Both the position numbers and the translations under genes were made by a program. Source: Candidatus Andersenbacteria bacterium RIFCSPHIGHO2_02_FULL_46_16 (lineage in GTDB: Bacteria > Patescibacteriota > Andersenbacteria > UBA10190). From it: DNA of 64,000 bases. This document shows, piece by piece, positions 18,999 through 28,886 of the stretch. The stretch's first letter is position 1. The number at the start of each line of letters is the position of its first letter. Under the pieces are notes generated by a model. The model was not told where the DNA came from and searched no databases. It saw only the letters and a list, made by a program, of their open reading frames with translations. The stretch lies in the NCBI GenBank assembly GCA_001817065.1, contig MHHQ01000029.1:4049-68048 (forward strand), given 5' to 3'.

Positions 18999-21900
18999 TT
19001 AACTGTCACGAGCTACCGCCGGCTCAATGTGTAGCAGCGTTGCCTGGCTCACTATGTGATAATGGTCAAGAATTGTACCCGTCGCTTGCATAATGCCTGT
19101 AACCTTCACCGCCGGCAGCCCAAAAACATCATTGATTACGTCTCCCGTCTGGCTAAAAATTCCCTCTGCCCGCATATTTTGCGCTTCCAAAGCACCAATT
19201 ATCATTTCGCCGTTGTTAACTGGCAATTCTCCTTCCGCTAACTGGATATTTCCCTCATTAAAACTGTTAACACCTAAAAATAATTTGGGCACACCCTTGG
19301 TAAAGTTAACCCTGGTTATGCCTTGCGCAATATATTCGCTGATTAGCGCTCTATTTTTCTCCTGTTCAATCACCATAGCACTCGTCTCTATACTGCCTTG
19401 TGCCTGTTCCGCTACTGTTGGTTCACCAACCACTGGGGTTGTCGCTGCCACTTCATTCTTCTCGCTCTCCGCCCCTACTTGCTCAGGCATCCCTGCTTCC
19501 GCAACCAGTTGTTCTTGTGCCGCTATATCTCCGGCCTTACCGGTTGTTTGTTCTGGTTTTTCCATTTGCGTTTCCTCCACTACCAACTCACCTTCCGGCA
19601 TATTCGCTTCCGTATTCAATCCCGCAAACCCCAAAAACAGTCCGGTAAAGACAATAACCATAACCGCCGGCGCCGCCGCTGACATCCAATTCTTTTTGTT
19701 TGGTTTAAATCCGCGCAGGAGTAGCGAATTACCCACCACAGAAATCGAGCTAAAAGCCATGGCTAATCCAGCCAGTTCCGGCCGCAAAACTAATCCGAGA
19801 CCAGCAAATAGTCGCGCTGCCACCGGAATACCAATCACGTTATAAAACAGAGCAAAAAACATATTTTGCTTGATTTTGCTCATTGTTTCTCTTGATAACT
19901 GGATAGTCGTCAGAACATCATTCAAGTCATTCCTAATAATTATTATTTCACCCGTTTCCAAAGCAACGTCTGTTCCTGAACCCATGGCAATACCTAAATC
20001 AGCCTGCGCCAACGCCGGTGCATCATTTATACCATCGCCCACCATCGCGACCATTTTGCCCTGCTCTTGCAACTTCTTCACTTCATTGGCTTTGTCTTCT
20101 GGCAACACTTCTGCCAACACATTCGTCATGCCAATTTCTGCCGCTATCGCCTGCGCCGTGCGTCGGTTATCACCCGTAATCATATAGACCACAATCCCCA
20201 AATCTTTTAGTTTCTGTACCGCCGCCTGAGCGCTGGGTTTAACCGTATCAGCCACCGCGACCAAGCCGATAATACTCCGCCCAGAGGCCAGGATCATGAC
20301 CGTCTGTCCCCTATTCTCTAGTCGCGTCATGTCTTCTTCTATATCAGCCACATTCAATCCGGCTGCGACAATCAAATGACGGTTACCAAAATAATATTTT
20401 TTTCCAGCCATAGTACCCACAACGCCCTGGCCCGGTACCGGTGCAAAATCTGCTACCTCCAAGAAATCACTTTTCTGGTCCTGGGCATACTGGTAAATTG
20501 CTTCCGCTAAAGGATGCTCGGATGAACGTTCCAATGAGCCAGCTAACTGTAGCAGTGTTGCATCATCTGCTGCTTGGTAGTTAATGAGCGCTGTCACCGT
20601 AGGCTTTCCATTCGTTAGAGTTCCTGTCTTATCGAACACTATCGCATTAATTTTTCTCACCTTTTCCAGCGGTTCACCACCTTTAATCAGAATACCGTGC
20701 TCCGCCCCTTTACCTGTGCTGACCATAATAGCGGTTGGCGTTGCCAAACCAAGCGCGCAAGGACAAGCGATCACGATGACCGCCGTAAAAGCCATCAAAG
20801 AAAAAGCCAAGGTAGCCCCCAGCACGAAATACCACACTACAAATGTGGTGATAGCAATTACGATAACCGCCGGCACAAACCAGGCTGAAATGCGATCCGC
20901 CAACGCCTGCACTGGCGCCCTCGACCCCTGCGCATCTTCAATCAATTTAATAATCTGTGCCAACATTGTTTCCCCGCCCACTTTAGTTGCCTCAAGCTCA
21001 AAACTGCCATTCTTGTTCATAGTAGAACCGATGACTGTATCCCCTGGGTGTTTTTCCACTGGCAGACTTTCGCCAGTTATCATCGCCTCATCCACCGCCG
21101 ATGATCCGCTAGTAATCACACCATCTACTGGAACAATTTCTCCCGGCCGCACAATCACCGTATCTCCTACTACTACTTGCTCAATCGGCAAGTCCACTGT
21201 TTGATCGCCTCGCACCACTCGCGCCGTCTTAGCCTGTAAGCCCATTAGCTTCTTAATGGCTTCCGAAGTTCGCCCTTTCGCCTTGGATTCTAAGTATTTC
21301 CCCAACAATACGAAGGTTATTAAGAAAGCTGCAGTTTCAAAGTATAGGTCAGGTATCATTTTTCCCGCCTCGGCAATAAACGAGCCAGCATTTAGCACAT
21401 ACGCGCCAAAATTGTAGAGGCTGTAAAAGTAAGCCGTTGAAGTGCCAATCGCAATCAAGCTATCCATATTAAATGTTTTCATCCGCAAACTAGACCATGC
21501 GCCCGCATAAAAACCTGCCCCGATTACAAACTGCACTGGTGTCGCCAGAATAAAGGAAACCAATCCCGCATAGGGCAGAATAAAACTCGTTCCCGGCAGC
21601 CACTTAAAGAATGTCTGCAGCATAAAATACAGCATCGGCAGACTCAGCAGCAGTGCATAAAAAAACTTTTTCTTTAACCGTGCGATCTCTTTAGCTTTCT
21701 TTTCCTCGACCTGTTTAGCATCCCCCTGATCAACCGGCATTGCTTCATAACCTGCCTTTTTCACTGCTGTTATTAAATCGTTCACCGAGACCGTGGCCGG
21801 ATTAAAGACTACCGACGCCTTCTCGACAGCAAAATTTACGTTTGCTTCCAACACACCCGGCCGCTTCTTTAATGACCGCTCAATAATCGCCGCGCAGGAC

Positions 21901-22241
21901 GAACAATGCATACCGGATATTAACAAGGACGCACGCGTCTTACTTGCCACTTCTGGTTTAACTAGCTTGGCAGCTTCCTCTTTGGGGAATAAAAGCTTTG
22001 CACTCGTTCCTCTCTCACTCATGTCACCCATTACAGTCGCTTGATATCCCTCTTTGCTTATGACCGTAATAATCTGCTCCGGCGAGATCGAACTGTCATC
22101 ATACTCAATAACGGCATTTTTTTTCTGATAGCTTATCTCCGCCTTACTCACACCTCTTAATTCCTGAACAGCTTCTTTTATTAACAGCTCACACGATCCG
22201 CAGTGCATGCCATTAATGTTTAGCCTTATTTTCTTTGTCAT
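18999..22241 (-). CDS. copA: Cu(I)-translocating P1B-type ATPase, two HMA domains and an extra C-terminal domain
   Basis: [45 protein letters not shown]. Confidence 0.95.
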   Translation of the reverse strand: MTKKIRLNINGMHCGSCELLIKEAVQELRGVSKAEISYQKKNAVIEYDDSSISPEQIITVISKEGYQATVMGDMSERGTSAKLLFPKEEAAKLVKPEVASKTRASLLISGMHCSSCAAIIERSLKKRPGVLEANVNFAVEKASVVFNPATVSVNDLITAVKKAGYEAMPVDQGDAKQVEEKKAKEIARLKKKFFYALLLSLPMLYFMLQTFFKWLPGTSFILPYAGLVSFILATPVQFVIGAGFYAGAWSSLRMKTFNMDSLIAIGTSTAYFYSLYNFGAYVLNAGSFIAEAGKMIPDLYFETAAFLITFVLLGKYLESKAKGRTSEAIKKLMGLQAKTARVVRGDQTVDLPIEQVVVGDTVIVRPGEIVPVDGVITSGSSAVDEAMITGESLPVEKHPGDTVIGSTMNKNGSFELEATKVGGETMLAQIIKLIEDAQGSRAPVQALADRISAWFVPAVIVIAITTFVVWYFVLGATLAFSLMAFTAVIVIACPCALGLATPTAIMVSTGKGAEHGILIKGGEPLEKVRKINAIVFDKTGTLTNGKPTVTALINYQAADDATLLQLAGSLERSSEHPLAEAIYQYAQDQKSDFLEVADFAPVPGQGVVGTMAGKKYYFGNRHLIVAAGLNVADIEEDMTRLENRGQTVMILASGRSIIGLVAVADTVKPSAQAAVQKLKDLGIVVYMITGDNRRTAQAIAAEIGMTNVLAEVLPEDKANEVKKLQEQGKMVAMVGDGINDAPALAQADLGIAMGSGTDVALETGEIIIIRNDLNDVLTTIQLSRETMSKIKQNMFFALFYNVIGIPVAARLFAGLGLVLRPELAGLAMAFSSISVVGNSLLLRGFKPNKKNWMSAAAPAVMVIVFTGLFLGFAGLNTEANMPEGELVVEETQMEKPEQTTGKAGDIAAQEQLVAEAGMPEQVGAESEKNEVAATTPVVGEPTVAEQAQGSIETSAMVIEQEKNRALISEYIAQGITRVNFTKGVPKLFLGVNSFNEGNIQLAEGELPVNNGEMIIGALEAQNMRAEGIFSQTGDVINDVFGLPAVKVTGIMQATGTILDHYHIVSQATLLHIEPAVARDS

Positions 22242-22261
22242 TATAATTTTTTGCTAATTTA

Positions 22262-22438
22262 GGCGCCGTAAATAAATAACTTGGCCAGATCTCGTTCAAT
22301 CTGCGCCGAGATACGGCTTTTTCGATTGAGCGAAATACGAAGCGTAATAGAACTACGGTGAGTGTTTCGCGATTGAGAAAAAGTCGCAGATTGGTGCATA
22401 GTGGACGAGAGGTGGTTAAGTTATTTATTTACGGTGCC
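22262..22438 (+). mobile_element. MITE family A, minimal 177-bp copy
   Basis: TIR GGCGCCGTAAATAAATAACTT...AAGTTATTTATTTACGGTGCC; TTA duplicated (22259-61, 22439-41), the latter being the copZ stop codon. Confidence 0.9.
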
Positions 22439-22639
22439 TTAGGCTAATTGATAAGGCGTATCAGCCAATGCTTGCTTGATCACATCAGGCTTAAACTCCT
22501 GGTCAGCCACTATTATAGTCTGGCCATCCACCTTAACATCTACATCCTGTACGTTAGGTAAACGTCGTAAACGCTTTTGCACCATTTTAACGCAAGCTTC
22601 ACAGGTCAAACCTGTTAATTGAATGTTTTGTGTAATCAT
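22439..22639 (-). CDS. copZ: Copper chaperone (HMA domain)
   Basis: GLTCEAC in 66 aa, upstream of copA. Confidence 0.85.
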   Translation of the reverse strand: MITQNIQLTGLTCEACVKMVQKRLRRLPNVQDVDVKVDGQTIIVADQEFKPDVIKQALADTPYQLA

Positions 22640-22660
22640 AGAATTTATTAGGATTATATA

Positions 22661-22683
22661 TACCTACACCTATGGTATAGGTA
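22661..22683. promoter_or_regulatory. Putative CsoR operator upstream of copZ-copA
   Basis: Imperfect palindrome TACCTACACCTATGGTATAGGTA. Confidence 0.6.
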
Positions 22684-22709
22684 ACGAACAGATCAGTCAA
22701 TAAATACTT

Positions 22710-24524
22710 TTATATCTCATTGACGACGATATTGCCGCGAGGTACGCCCATCGCACACGTGATCGGGTATGAACCGGCCTTCTTTGGTGTGAATTCAAAG
22801 GTTATCTTCTGACCGCGCCGAAAATTCTGTACATCTTCAGTCAGTCCAGGAACAGTAATGCTCCCCATACAACCAGAACCATTGTCCTTCGCATCAATCT
22901 CGAAACGAACGGGTTGATTTGCTCTTACCGTAAACTGGTTAGGCGATAAATCCGCTTTCCTCGTATAAGCAGCTTGTATAACCTGCACCTCATCTTGACT
23001 TATAGTCTCGCCTTTGGCCGGCTCAGCTTTATTAGCTCCTCCGCCACAACCGCCACAACCGCCGCCCGCGCCGCCGCAAGAACCTTTGGCCGCAGCCGGT
23101 TGATCAACGGGCTGGTCAAGTGCTATAGCTCTACCACGTGCCTCTGCCCCGTCTTTGTCTATGACATTAAATACACCGGTATACATACCCATAGCACAGG
23201 AAAAACGTATTTGCCCCGTTTCTTTCGGGGTAAATTCAATGACGTTCTCCCCTAACTGCAAATTACGCCGCACTCCTAGTTGCTGCGAATAAAGACTTCC
23301 GGCGCAACTGTTCGGATTAGTTGAATTCACAATCCATTTGACCGGAACACCTGCCTGAATTGTAAATTTGTTAGGACTATAACCACTGCCAGACTGCTCC
23401 ATCCGTACTACCTGGACGTCCTTATTATCACTTCCTTCCTGTTGAACCTCTGCTATCTGTCCTGCTCCCTGGGCCACCGTTGATAGAATTACCGGTAGAC
23501 CAGTTAAGTTTAAGCCATTCGAGATGTTAAACACCGCTAAACCAACCACCGCGAGCCCCGCCAACTTAAAGAAACGCTGCGCCATAATTCCACGTAAGGC
23601 AGAAGTAAGTCCACCCACACCCAACAATCCCGGTGTTGTACCTACCGCAAACGTCGCCATAATCAGTGCCCCCGACCAAAAGTTGCCCGTACTCATCGCG
23701 TACAATTGCATTGCTTGTGTGAAACCGCACGGCAGGAAAAAAGTCAAAACACCAACCATCGCCGCATTACGATGACTATACTCCCTTTCGTGCTTTTGTT
23801 TAATTCCCAATTTCTTACTCAAACCAGCCGGCAAAGAAATAGCCCAGCTGGATAAGCGAGGTGAAAGTTGCGTGAGCTGGATCCCTAACAGCAGCATCAC
23901 TAAGCCCACACCAATAGTTAATGCCCCAAGCAGAGTACCGGATAGTTGGAATGCCTGCCCAATTAAACCAATTAATCCGCCCAGCACAAAATATCCCGCT
24001 ATACGCCCTGCGTTAAAAAATATATGCGGACGGAATTTCTGCACCGTTGTTGCTTCTGGATGTGACTGAGCATGTTTGGCTGACATACCAAGTACCAAAC
24101 CACCCACCAAAGCCATGCAAGTAGACACCCCGGCCAGCAATCCCACCGTCAGCACAACCAATAAACTGGCCGGACTATCGCCTGGATTAAAACTGGCATT
24201 AAGAATGCCCATGCCTTTTAGCACAAAGTACAAGATTAACAGAATTCCGGCCGCTAATGCTATTTCGTCGTACTGTTTCTTGTCTGGTGTAACCCATGGC
24301 AGCGCCCCCGAATGACCCACACTATAACCAGCCTCCTTAACTGCTTCCTCCACCTTTGCCATACTTAGCCCCCCCCGGTAAGTAATTTCCGCTTCTTGCC
24401 GTCGCCGGCTGACTGACACAGTCTGCACGCCTGGCAGCTCTTTCAATTGTTCTTCTATTAATAGTTCGCATGAGGCGCAATGCATGCCTCGAATCGGTAT
24501 AGTTTTTTTATTCATGATCCTCAA
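22710..24524 (-). CDS. HMA + DsbD_2/TauE-like transmembrane + cupredoxin-like fusion protein
   Basis: GMHCASC; GVSTCMALVGG; FFLPCGFTQAMQ; two C-terminal domains with FSCAMGM and ITCAMG. Confidence 0.85.
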   Translation of the reverse strand: MRIMNKKTIPIRGMHCASCELLIEEQLKELPGVQTVSVSRRRQEAEITYRGGLSMAKVEEAVKEAGYSVGHSGALPWVTPDKKQYDEIALAAGILLILYFVLKGMGILNASFNPGDSPASLLVVLTVGLLAGVSTCMALVGGLVLGMSAKHAQSHPEATTVQKFRPHIFFNAGRIAGYFVLGGLIGLIGQAFQLSGTLLGALTIGVGLVMLLLGIQLTQLSPRLSSWAISLPAGLSKKLGIKQKHEREYSHRNAAMVGVLTFFLPCGFTQAMQLYAMSTGNFWSGALIMATFAVGTTPGLLGVGGLTSALRGIMAQRFFKLAGLAVVGLAVFNISNGLNLTGLPVILSTVAQGAGQIAEVQQEGSDNKDVQVVRMEQSGSGYSPNKFTIQAGVPVKWIVNSTNPNSCAGSLYSQQLGVRRNLQLGENVIEFTPKETGQIRFSCAMGMYTGVFNVIDKDGAEARGRAIALDQPVDQPAAAKGSCGGAGGGCGGCGGGANKAEPAKGETISQDEVQVIQAAYTRKADLSPNQFTVRANQPVRFEIDAKDNGSGCMGSITVPGLTEDVQNFRRGQKITFEFTPKKAGSYPITCAMGVPRGNIVVNEI

Positions 24525-24612
24525 TATTTGTTATTAAATCTTAAACCTGCTGTATTCTGAACGGTTATTCTATCACCTAACCATTCAGGTACCCCCTACA
24601 CCAGAGAAAAAT

Positions 24613-24990
24613 TTAATGAACGCGAGGATGTAATATGCCCTGCTGTAACGCTACTAGGATATAATTTTGGGGCAATAGCCAAGGATTATATGGCCAAAAA
24701 AGAGCAGCAGGCAAACGAGAACGCAACAGGTCTTGTAGATAGCTAGTTTTTGTGAACATAACCGTTAACCACCATGCCATCAGGCCTAAAAACACGGCTA
24801 AGTAATCCGGGGACGTCACCTGCAAACTACTTATTAAACTCTCAATCAAGCAAGGACTGTTACCCAAACTAGCATGCACCCACATATGACCAAAAGTCAC
24901 ACTGCAGGCTATCGGCCCAATCACCAACACACCCAACAAGAGCCAAGCTGTAATTTTTATTGATTTTCCAAAAACCATATTCATGAACAT
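24613..24990 (-). CDS. Hypothetical membrane protein in the copper cluster
   Basis: Two TM segments; C-terminal QQGILHPRVH; TATAAT 6 nt before ATG. Confidence 0.6.
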   Translation of the reverse strand: MFMNMVFGKSIKITAWLLLGVLVIGPIACSVTFGHMWVHASLGNSPCLIESLISSLQVTSPDYLAVFLGLMAWWLTVMFTKTSYLQDLLRSRLPAALFWPYNPWLLPQNYILVALQQGILHPRVH

Positions 24991-25027
24991 TGTGTTATTA
25001 TACCCTACCTGCCCCTACAGATAAACA

Positions 25028-25300
25028 TTACGACTTCACCCAGCGTCTATATAAAGCAACCACTGCGTACGTCCATATCCAAACTACAGCCATACTGGAA
25101 ATAAGTCCTATTAACAATGTACTGGAAGAAAATTCCTCGACGACTCCCGGTGAAACGTTAAACGTATGAAACCAACTTTGCACAATCGTGAAAAGCCAGC
25201 CTGGAACCAACCAGGAGAGTACACGACACACCACATAACCTACCCCCATCACCACCGCCATAGCATTCGCTGCCACCTTACTGTTAACCATAATTCTCAC
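25028..25300 (-). CDS. Small membrane protein (DUF5676-like)
   Basis: YVVC...SWFH pattern, two TM helices. Confidence 0.65.
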   Translation of the reverse strand: MRIMVNSKVAANAMAVVMGVGYVVCRVLSWLVPGWLFTIVQSWFHTFNVSPGVVEEFSSSTLLIGLISSMAVVWIWTYAVVALYRRWVKS

Positions 25301-26148
25301 CTCCTATCATATACTAACCAGCGAACTAACCGGTAAACAACATAAATAAGTAGAACATAAAATATTCCGTTTATTATTGGCCATCGATCAGTCCATCCAG
25401 TCACCAGCCAAGCTGTATCGTTAACTATTTGAGCCGGTCCAGTCGGCATACTTAAGCGACCCGTAATCGCTAAACCCAACGTTATTAAACCCAAACTAAA
25501 GAACATAATAGCGGAAACCAAATTAGTGATAAACACCGGATAGTATCTGCCATCTAAATTAATAGAAAATATCCGCTTATTAAATATTGGCTTTTCTAAC
25601 AGATGAACGCGTTTGATAACTAAACCAGCTATGTACAATGGTGCTACCATACCAGCTACAAAAGCTAAGCCGACCAAAAATGCGTGCCATAAACTCGGCG
25701 ATAATGAACTTAAGGCCAAAACACCAATTAAAACTGGTGCGCAACACGCAGCCGTTATTCCAGCCGTTAGCCCTAATACATAGGTTGACAACCAGTCCAT
25801 CTCGCCACCTGCTTTTGCTGGTAAGTGAGGCATTGGGAGCTTCACACCAACCAACGACAAGATAGCCGCAGCCATCATAATAGATCCGCCGACAATATAC
25901 GTTTCAGTGTGCCAGCGAAAGAAAAAGCTGGCTAATACTTTGGCGCCCAGCACAATCGGCAGCATGACAGTAAAAATCCCCGTCGAATAAACACCTGTCA
26001 TCAGTAAGATTTTCCTTTTTTCCTTAAAGACATTCCCGAGGTACGCCGGTAAGAGGTATGAGATACAACACGGTGCAAACAAAGCGACTAGACCAGCAAC
26101 AAAAGCCGCGAGCAGTGACACTTGGTAGAAAACGTCTCCACTGCTCAT
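25297..26148 (-). CDS. ccdA: CcdA/DsbD-type transmembrane thiol-disulfide transporter
   Basis: ALFAPCCISYLLPAY and AACCAPVL. Confidence 0.8.
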   Translation of the reverse strand: MSSGDVFYQVSLLAAFVAGLVALFAPCCISYLLPAYLGNVFKEKRKILLMTGVYSTGIFTVMLPIVLGAKVLASFFFRWHTETYIVGGSIMMAAAILSLVGVKLPMPHLPAKAGGEMDWLSTYVLGLTAGITAACCAPVLIGVLALSSLSPSLWHAFLVGLAFVAGMVAPLYIAGLVIKRVHLLEKPIFNKRIFSINLDGRYYPVFITNLVSAIMFFSLGLITLGLAITGRLSMPTGPAQIVNDTAWLVTGWTDRWPIINGIFYVLLIYVVYRLVRWLVYDRR

Positions 26149-26153
26149 ATACT

Positions 26154-26648
26154 CTACTGGACTACGTTAGCTGACATAGTAAGCACGATTTTTGGTTGGC
26201 GTGGATCGTTGGTCCTCATCATCGCCTGCCGTGTCACAGACCCTAGACCATTCGGACCATGAAAAGCTGGATCAAAAATAAGCTTAATAGTGGCAGCTTC
26301 ACCCGGCGGGACATTAGCCACATATGATGATCGTTCACCCATCCTAAACTCAGGCGAGATAACACTGCCCATTTCAACCTGCGCGACTGTACACATGCAC
26401 GAGGTTGTCACGTCGTATAATGCCAACGGGTCAGACCCTGTGTTACTGATTAGAAAATCAGTTATTAATAAGCCTTCATTAATACCAACGTCACCTCTTT
26501 CCTTAGTTGTTTCTGTCACAGACGCACTCACCTTCTGGCTCATCTTGACGCCAGTAGGAGTACTTAGCCTAGCAGCTAAATAAAGTCCGCCCACTATTAG
26601 TGCCACCATTCCAACCAATATACCAACTGTTAATCTGTTATTGCTCAT
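26154..26648 (-). CDS. DUF1573-domain membrane-anchored protein
   Basis: NTGSDPL...TTSCMCT...FDPAFHGP...TNDP. Confidence 0.8.
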   Translation of the reverse strand: MSNNRLTVGILVGMVALIVGGLYLAARLSTPTGVKMSQKVSASVTETTKERGDVGINEGLLITDFLISNTGSDPLALYDVTTSCMCTVAQVEMGSVISPEFRMGERSSYVANVPPGEAATIKLIFDPAFHGPNGLGSVTRQAMMRTNDPRQPKIVLTMSANVVQ

Positions 26649-26676
26649 TTAACTCTCCTCCTTAAAGTGACGATGG

Positions 26677-26949
26677 CTATTTATTAACCATCTTCGACAC
26701 TTTCAAGATTTCCTCAATCATCTCCTGTTGTTTTTTTTCCTGGCTAGTCATCATCGCATGGCTAAAACAGCTTTTCAAATGATCCTCCATCAACATTTGA
26801 TGGGCTGATTTTAATAAACCTAACACAGCCAAGTTTTGCTGCATTATATCTATGCAATATTTATCCGCTTCCAACATACCGACAATAGTAGCCAGATGCG
26901 ACTGGGCCTTTTTAAAGTTAGTGGATATTTTCTCGTGATTTGCTTTCAT
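26677..26949 (-). CDS. csoR: CsoR family metal-sensing repressor
   Basis: YCIDIMQQ and HLKSC ligand pattern. Confidence 0.85.
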   Translation of the reverse strand: MKANHEKISTNFKKAQSHLATIVGMLEADKYCIDIMQQNLAVLGLLKSAHQMLMEDHLKSCFSHAMMTSQEKKQQEMIEEILKVSKMVNK

Positions 26950-26971
26950 AATAATATAATTTAATATCTAG

Positions 26972-26991
26972 ACCTTACCTATAGGTTAGGT
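26972..26991. promoter_or_regulatory. Putative CsoR operator upstream of csoR
   Basis: ACCTTACCTATAGGTTAGGT, 18/20 palindromic, similar to the 22661 site. Confidence 0.6.
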
Positions 26992-27122
26992 AAAACTATA
27001 TTAGCACATAACCCCTATACAGAACAAGCCGCATAAATTCTCGTTCGATGGTTTCCTGCACTGACCTCCCTCACCAGTAATCTTTTGCCTCCTCAGCACC
27101 TGCTGCTACCGGAACCGCTACA

Positions 27123-27312
27123 GGAAGCCCCATCCCGCCCCCTGGACGGGATGGCAGAATCCCGCGTAACAACCAACTGTCTGCCCCACTTGCTCCGCTA
27201 TCGGCAAAGCTACGCGGGGTTATCCCATTCGCACCTTGTCAGCCAAAGCCTTGGCGACGGCTGATTCAATCACCCCCACCACCGGCGGGGTGGCTTTCTG
27301 CGCAGTGGGATA
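27123..27312 (+). mobile_element. Non-coding repeat family B copy 2 (shorter)
   Basis: Closely similar to 14700-14915 but lacking the 5' hairpin and one internal insert. Confidence 0.7.
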
Positions 27313-27430
27313 AAAAGGAGACCACATCGTGATCTCCTGAAGCTCACATTTGATATCGCAAGGTGAGTTATACCTGCGCTCCTATTGCCCATATCCTATC
27401 TGGACTTGGAGAAAGAACCTGGCATTTACT

Positions 27431-28033
27431 TTACTCCTTCTCTATCTGTTGATGTTGATAAAGACAAAAGAAGGAAAACGGTCTTTGTCGGTCACAAAGA
27501 CCCTCACTGTTACCTGTCTGGTAAAGGGGGCACTCACTACCACCGACCGTAATCTCTGAAGCGAACTTCTGTGGATTGCGAATCCGTAGACCCACACCAA
27601 TCTCGGAAAAATTTGAGTGGTGAAGCTCAATATCTCCGAAACCACAACCACCTTCCTCCCAGAAAGAAGTAATGATTGCAGCACAATCATCACCCGAAAG
27701 TTCCTCGTCACCAATCGCATACCAGAGGTATTGAGGAACTTCTCCCCTATATACCTGCCGCACAAACTCCTCCTTGCCCTCCGGGTCACGCCAGTCTTTT
27801 CCGGTCAGTAAGTGCTGCGCGTTTTTGACACGCTGTCGCCACTCCTGTTTTGCCTCTTTGATCCACACCAGCGTACTAGCCATTTTAGCTTCGAACTCCT
27901 TGCGCTCCTCTCTAACCTTTACTCTCCTTGCTGACCATGTCCAAAACGAACCAAATAATGCCAGTGCCCTCATTGTTAATCCTTTCTCTCCTAAAATTCC
28001 CTCGCCCTTCGCAAAAAAACTACACATTCCCAA
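27431..28033 (-). CDS. Hypothetical protein (start probably ATG 27973)
   Basis: 200-aa ORF; GAAAGGA before ATG 27973; TTGACA at 28083-88. Confidence 0.55.
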   Translation of the reverse strand: MGMCSFFAKGEGILGEKGLTMRALALFGSFWTWSARRVKVREERKEFEAKMASTLVWIKEAKQEWRQRVKNAQHLLTGKDWRDPEGKEEFVRQVYRGEVPQYLWYAIGDEELSGDDCAAIITSFWEEGGCGFGDIELHHSNFSEIGVGLRIRNPQKFASEITVGGSECPLYQTGNSEGLCDRQRPFSFFCLYQHQQIEKE

Positions 28034-28336
28034 TCATCAGCAAACAACATCCTTTGGATGCCTATTGCTAATGTTCTTTTGTTGTCAAAGTCCGATCCAA
28101 ATCTGAAATTTGAACTCTTCAAGGCTAAGATTAGGACGGAACTCTCAAGAAGATTGATAAATCACTCAATATTCTATTCTTTAATGTGATACATGTCAAG
28201 TACTCCATGTGTATAAAAGCTAAACATAGCTGTTATATTCACATTCAGGTATCCACTACCCTAGATATTAGCTTTTAAAAAAGGCTACTAAAATCCAGCA
28301 ACCCCTGTTTCTACCGGTCAAAACGCCCGGCCACTC

Positions 28337-28824
28337 CTATCTGACCTGCGCGAAAGCTATCGTGTAATTATGGCCATATTTCTTACTGCATTTGGGGCAA
28401 TAAGCATAGTGGAAATAATCTTTTTACCGTCTTTCCTTTTCCCGCCACATACATATCCATATCCTTTAATCCATTTTGGTACCGCGCTATATGGCCCATC
28501 ATACACTTTGCTTAAAAATTCCCCCGTAATCTTAGCCATTTTCTCCCCCGGCACATCTTTGCTAATAGTCATATATATTTCTGACCGCCATGGCGACGAA
28601 TTATAGCTAAGCATCAAAAAATCTTTCCCTTCCGGCATAGCCTTAGCATGCTCAATCTTTTTGAACATACGTTTTACTACCTTCCCCATGTTTACGGGTA
28701 TATGAAAGATTTGCCGCACATCATCCCGTAAAAATAACTTATCCCGCCAAAGATACCGCTGCTTCTCGAACCTCGTCGGATCAAATTCCGGGCAACAGAC
28801 ATCTGACTCTGTCATACATTTCAT
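28337..28824 (-). pseudogene. Frameshifted conserved protein (GyrI-like/bacterial hydrolase type)
   Basis: CCPEFDP...YDGPYSAVPKW; the expected tail DMDMYVAGKGK and YFHYAYCPKCSKKYGHNYTIAFAQVR* lies in two other frames. Confidence 0.65.
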
Positions 28825-28886
28825 TATATCTCAAAACTAAGGAGCATTCTAAACAAGTCCCCATTAATATTCCCTGGCCGCTAATC

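Noticed and set aside
19056-22044. Long antisense ORFs inside copA (likewise typA, copB and the NHL gene)
   Set aside because: Shadow frames of well-conserved genes
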